The notes beneath the pieces were generated by a model that ran no database searches, was not told the DNA's origin, and saw only the letters and a program-made list of their open reading frames with translations. Shown here one piece after another: positions 60,437 through 64,000 of a DNA stretch of 64,000 nucleotides (the stretch's first letter is position 1; each line of letters opens with the position of its first letter). The position numbers and the translations under genes were made by a program. This DNA is from an uncultured Acidobacteriota bacterium (GTDB lineage: Bacteria; Acidobacteriota; UBA6911), in the NCBI GenBank assembly GCA_963809485.1, contig CAWEJX010000015.1:1-64000 (forward strand), read 5' to 3'.

Positions 60437-61093
60437 TTACATTTCCGGAGCCGAGGCGGGATCTCCGTTGAGCAGGCCGGCATCGGCAAAGCTGTAGTAG
60501 TCGTCATAGCCCAGGACAATATGGTCCAGCACGCGGATGCCCAGTATTTGTCCCGCTTTTATGAGCCTTTGGGTGCAGTCTCTGTCCTCGCGGCTCGGCG
60601 CCGGATCGCCCGAAGGGTGATTGTGGATAAAGAGGACGCCGGCAGTGCTGTCACGCACTGCCGGCGCAAAGACCTCCCGCGGGTGCACGACCGAAGTGCT
60701 CAGGCTCCCGATGGAAACAAGCACCTCGCGCATCAGCTGGTTTTTGGAGTTGAGGTGCAGAGAAAGAAAGTGCTCCCGGGTAGCGGAAAAAAAGCGGGCG
60801 CGGTAACGCAGATACAAATCCCTGCTGTTGGAGAAACGTTCCCCGGCGCGCAGCGGAGTTGAACAGACCTGCCGGCCGAGTTCGAGCGCATAATACAGCG
60901 ACGAGGCCTGCCGGGCTGAAATCCTGCCGGCGTTGCGTATTTCCTCCAGGGTAGCCTGGGACAGGCCCTGGGCGGAACCGAAGTAGTTCATCAGGCGGGC
61001 GGAGGCGGCATGAGCAGCCTGGCTGCGTCCGCCGTGTCCAAGCACATTGGACAACAGCTCCAGGACGTGATTCGTTTCTTTGGGTGAATCCAT
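60437..61093 (-). CDS. radC: RadC (UPF0758, JAB domain) protein
   Basis: E.F..L.L...N, VHPREVF, HNHPSGDP.PS..D, LDHI. Confidence 0.9.
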   Translation of the reverse strand: MDSPKETNHVLELLSNVLGHGGRSQAAHAASARLMNYFGSAQGLSQATLEEIRNAGRISARQASSLYYALELGRQVCSTPLRAGERFSNSRDLYLRYRARFFSATREHFLSLHLNSKNQLMREVLVSIGSLSTSVVHPREVFAPAVRDSTAGVLFIHNHPSGDPAPSREDRDCTQRLIKAGQILGIRVLDHIVLGYDDYYSFADAGLLNGDPASAPEM

Positions 61094-61097
61094 GATG

Positions 61098-61333
61098 AAT
61101 TACGAATGACGAATTGCGAATTTCGAATGAATCAGGCGCTGCTGCGACTGGCTGCGCCCAGATATCTAACGGAAGGTCGGGCTGCGGTGCCAACAAAAAC
61201 TGGCCCTAATCGTGAAATCAGGCACCCATAGATGAAGTCCCGTGTCGCTGAAATATCCGAACGGCCCAGGATGCGAGCGCAATCCCTGCTGTTTGTTTCC
61301 ATTCGTAATTCGTCAATCGTAATTCGTAATTCT
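61098..61333. repeat. Inverted heptamer arrays (AATTACG / CGTAATT) bracketing ~170 bp
   Basis: GAATTACGAATGACGAATTGCGAAT at the left, ATTCGTAATTCGTCAATCGTAATTCGTAATTC at the right. Confidence 0.65.
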
Positions 61334-62075
61334 AGATTGCGAGGCCTCCGTCGACCTGCAGGACCTGGCCGGTAATGTATCGGGCCTCGTCCGAAAGCAG
61401 GAATGAGGCTATGCGCGCAACCTCGTCCGCGCTTGCGAAGCGTCCCAGAGGAATATTCTGGAGCATGGAAGCCCGGTACGCTTCGGGCAATGATTGGGTC
61501 ATGTCGCTGTCGACGAATCCCAGGGCCAAAGCGTTGACGGTGACATTGCGGCCGGCCAGCTCCTTTGCCAGCGCTTTAGTGAGACCGATCATCCCCGCTT
61601 TGGAGGCCGAGTAGTTGGCCTGCCCGGACACCCCGACAATGCCGCTGACCGAGGTTATGTTCAGGATGGATCCGAAGCGAGCTTTGAGCATGACGGCCGA
61701 CACGGCTTTGGAAAAATTGAATGCGCCTTTGAGATTGGTGTCCAAAACCTCATCCCATTCTTTTTCACTCATGCGCAAAAGCAGCTTATCTCTGGTAACG
61801 CCGGCATTGTTCACAAGGAAATCGATGCTGCCGAAACGGCTCTTCACCTCTTGGACCATGGCTTCGGCCGCGCGGCAATCCTCGACACGCGCCCTGCAGG
61901 AATAGACGCCGCGCCCCATCGCCGAAAGCTCATCCGATAGCTGCCCGGCCTGCCCGGTGCTCTGCGAGTAGTTGAAGGCTATGTTGCATCCCTGCCGGGC
62001 CAGTTCCAGACTTATGGCGCGCCCGATTCCCCGTGCGGCGCCGGTAACGATGGCCGTTTTGCCCTGAAATTTCAA
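61332..62075 (-). CDS. fabG: 3-oxoacyl-ACP reductase
   Basis: TGAARGIG, NNAGVTRD, YSASK, ITGQVLQVDGG; TTG start 62075 with GGGGAG RBS. Confidence 0.9.
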   Translation of the reverse strand: MKFQGKTAIVTGAARGIGRAISLELARQGCNIAFNYSQSTGQAGQLSDELSAMGRGVYSCRARVEDCRAAEAMVQEVKSRFGSIDFLVNNAGVTRDKLLLRMSEKEWDEVLDTNLKGAFNFSKAVSAVMLKARFGSILNITSVSGIVGVSGQANYSASKAGMIGLTKALAKELAGRNVTVNALALGFVDSDMTQSLPEAYRASMLQNIPLGRFASADEVARIASFLLSDEARYITGQVLQVDGGLAI

Positions 62076-62092
62076 AGGAAGCCGCTCCCCAG

Positions 62093-62218
62093 GATTTTTG
62101 GATGAGGACGGCCCTCCCGAGCCCTCCTCATCCAATCAACATTAACTGCTGAGAAAATAGTATCTGTTATTTATATTTTTTCAGCGTGCGTCAGCGTCTA
62201 TCGGCGTTCGTCAGCGTT
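62093..62218. repeat. Second dispersed hairpin repeat, copy 2, fused to a subtype B MITE interior
   Basis: GGATGAGGAC...CTCCTCATCC + AATCAACATTAACTGCTGAGAAAATAGTAT, then TATATTTTTTCAGCGTGCGTCAGCG. Confidence 0.75.
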
Positions 62219-62305
62219 AAAATTTGTGGACAGGCATCCAGAGCCGGTCTCCGGAGATCCGCCCTCACCGGATAAAGGAAGCCCTACCCAGCGATCGGCA
62301 TTCAA

Positions 62306-62479
62306 CTAAAAAGGAAACGGGTACATCAGCCAGCCGGCAACGATGGATAAGAGGACGAAAGAACCAAGGAGAAAGAAAAAATATGTGATGCGCGGCTTCC
62401 TGCCATGCCTGGCGATAAAAGTCAGAACCAGAGATGTCAGGACGCTGAATACCAGCATTAACAGGAAGTGGTTTTTCAT
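62306..62479 (-). CDS. 57-aa two-TM membrane protein (absent from the ORF track)
   Basis: MKNHFLLMLVFSVLTSLVLTFIARHGRKPRITYFFFLLGSFVLLSIVAGWLMYPFPF; ATGA overlap with the upstream gene. Confidence 0.7.
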   Translation of the reverse strand: MKNHFLLMLVFSVLTSLVLTFIARHGRKPRITYFFFLLGSFVLLSIVAGWLMYPFPF

Positions 62480-62904
62480 CGCTTTCTGCCCAGGGCAATA
62501 TCGAATGCGTCCACCACGACCATCATGTTCAGCAGGCCCGCGACGTAGATGAAAACATTCGCATAGTCATAGGTATAGGCCGTGGGATCCCCGGTTCCCA
62601 AACCGCGCAGCCAGGGAATCCAATAGAGCAGGCCCGAACCGGCCTCTGCGGCGAACTTCAATATGGAGAATAAATTGCCGAATTCCGGATCGAACAGCTT
62701 GCCCTGCAGCTGGAGGCCGAGCACAAACATGATGGAGATGCTGCCGAAAAAGACGACGGCACGGTCCCATTTGCCGAGGAAGGCATGGCCCAGTCCCGGC
62801 ACAAAAGCTCCCGCGACGCAGGCGGCAAAAGTTTTGGCGGGACCGGCATGGGAAAGCAAAGGATCGGCTTCCGGCGGATTATCCGGTGCGGATTGCGTTT
62901 TCAT
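62476..62904 (-). CDS. DUF6677-like membrane protein
   Basis: VPGLGH.FLGKW.RA...DY..VF..VAGLLNMMVVVDAFDIA. Confidence 0.75.
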   Translation of the reverse strand: MKTQSAPDNPPEADPLLSHAGPAKTFAACVAGAFVPGLGHAFLGKWDRAVVFFGSISIMFVLGLQLQGKLFDPEFGNLFSILKFAAEAGSGLLYWIPWLRGLGTGDPTAYTYDYANVFIYVAGLLNMMVVVDAFDIALGRKR

Positions 62905-63142
62905 AAGTAGCAAATCTTACGGAAAGGCATCTCTTCAGTCAAGGCGAAACCCTTTGGCCCCAACGAATACGCTTCCAGATACTCAGGCCGCTTTTCTCCT
63001 AGCCTTGCCGCGTGCCATAGCACACTTGAAGACTATTGTTATCGCCCGTTGAAGCCGATAGCAAATACGATGGATTCCGGGATTCCCGGAATGCAGGAAT
63101 TTGCCGCAATCGGCACGGACCGGCATCAGCTAAGGGAACCAT

Positions 63143-64000
63143 ATGAACCTCGACACGCTCCTTCGCATGATGGTCGCCAAAGGCGCCTCGGATATGCATC
63201 TCAAAGTGGGCTGTTTCCCTCACCTCCGCATTAACGGAGAACTGGTCCCGCTGGGAGACCAGGAAAAGCTCGACAAGGAAGATTCGCTCATGATGGCTTT
63301 TTCCCTGATGAACAACAAACAGAAGGAGAAGTTTCGCGACAACAACGAGGTGGACGTGGGATATGGCGTACGGGGATTGGGCCGTTTCCGTATTAACGTA
63401 TTCCAGCAGAGGGGCTACGTCTCTATTGCAATTCGCGCCATCCCCACCAACATATCGGGATTTGAAGATCTATATCTTCCACGGGTCCTGGAGATAATTG
63501 CCAGGGAACCCAGAGGCATGGTGCTGGTGACCGGAACCACGGGCTCCGGAAAATCGACGACCATCGCCTCCATGCTCAATTACATCAACGAACGCACCAT
63601 GCGGCACATTATCACGATCGAGGACCCGATCGAGTTCCTGTACCAGGACAGGCTGAGCATCGTCAGCCAGCGCGAGATCGGCGTCGATGCCTCCAGTTTC
63701 GGTAGCGCGCTGCGCAGCGCCCTGCGCCAGGACCCCGATGTGATCCTGGTCGGCGAAATGCGCGACATGGAGACCATCGAGACCGCCCTGGTTGCCGCGG
63801 AAACGGGGCACCTGGTTTTCAGCACGCTCCACACCCTGGACGCCGTCGAAACCATCAACCGCATCACGGCGGTTTTCCCGGTCCACCAGCAGCGCCAGAT
63901 ACGGCTGCAGCTGTCCATGGTGCTGCGCGCAGTGGTCTCGATGAGACTTATGAAGCAGAACCGATACCCCCGGACGCGTTCCCGCCATCGAAGTAATGCG
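63143..64000 (+). CDS. pilT: Type IV pilus retraction ATPase PilT/PilU family (runs off the window end)
   Basis: MNLDTLLRMMVAKGASDMHLKVG, GRFRINVFQQRG, VTGTTGSGKSTT, TIEDPIE, LRQDPDVILVGEMRD, AETGHLVFSTLHT. Confidence 0.93.
   Translation, partial: MNLDTLLRMMVAKGASDMHLKVGCFPHLRINGELVPLGDQEKLDKEDSLMMAFSLMNNKQKEKFRDNNEVDVGYGVRGLGRFRINVFQQRGYVSIAIRAIPTNISGFEDLYLPRVLEIIAREPRGMVLVTGTTGSGKSTTIASMLNYINERTMRHIITIEDPIEFLYQDRLSIVSQREIGVDASSFGSALRSALRQDPDVILVGEMRDMETIETALVAAETGHLVFSTLHTLDAVETINRITAVFPVHQQRQIRLQLSMVLRAVVSMRLMKQNRYPRTRSRHRSNA

Noticed and set aside
63000-63020. TGGCAC on the minus strand as a sigma-54 promoter
   Set aside because: The GC is 11 nt rather than 10 nt from the GG and there is no TTGC
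1-64000. tRNA (including tRNA-Sec), rRNA or prophage genes
   Set aside because: No cloverleaf, rRNA-like sequence or phage hallmark gene recognised by eye; tRNAscan-SE would confirm

Overview
Bacterial chromosomal window of about 57-60% GC (by eye), probably an anaerobic Acidobacteriota-like organism. This is inferred from the PadR/permease-prefix gene, the PD40-kinase remnant and DUF6677; family names throughout come from motif recognition, not database searches. The left 7 kb is a decayed accessory region with an IS remnant and gene fragments. It is followed by a co-oriented signalling trio: a PilZ protein, a 1993-aa REC-REC-PAS-coiled-coil-PAS-pseudokinase with 267/801-bp tandem repeats, and an MshEN-like/cNMP/GAF protein. 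Next come a PurF lacking its N-terminal Cys and a partial Trs-type cluster whose radical SAM gene appears to read through an in-frame TGA as selenocysteine. After nifU/nifS lies a sigma-54 two-component system whose two flanking genes share a palindromic enhancer-like site and -24/-12 promoters. The rest is mostly housekeeping (guaA, dnaE, accA, mutL, hisS, mtaP, ltaE, hemW, radC, fabG, pilT). About 10 copies of a non-autonomous IS200/IS605-like palindromic element and several short inverted-repeat families occupy the intergenic spaces. No rRNA, tRNA or CRISPR array was seen.
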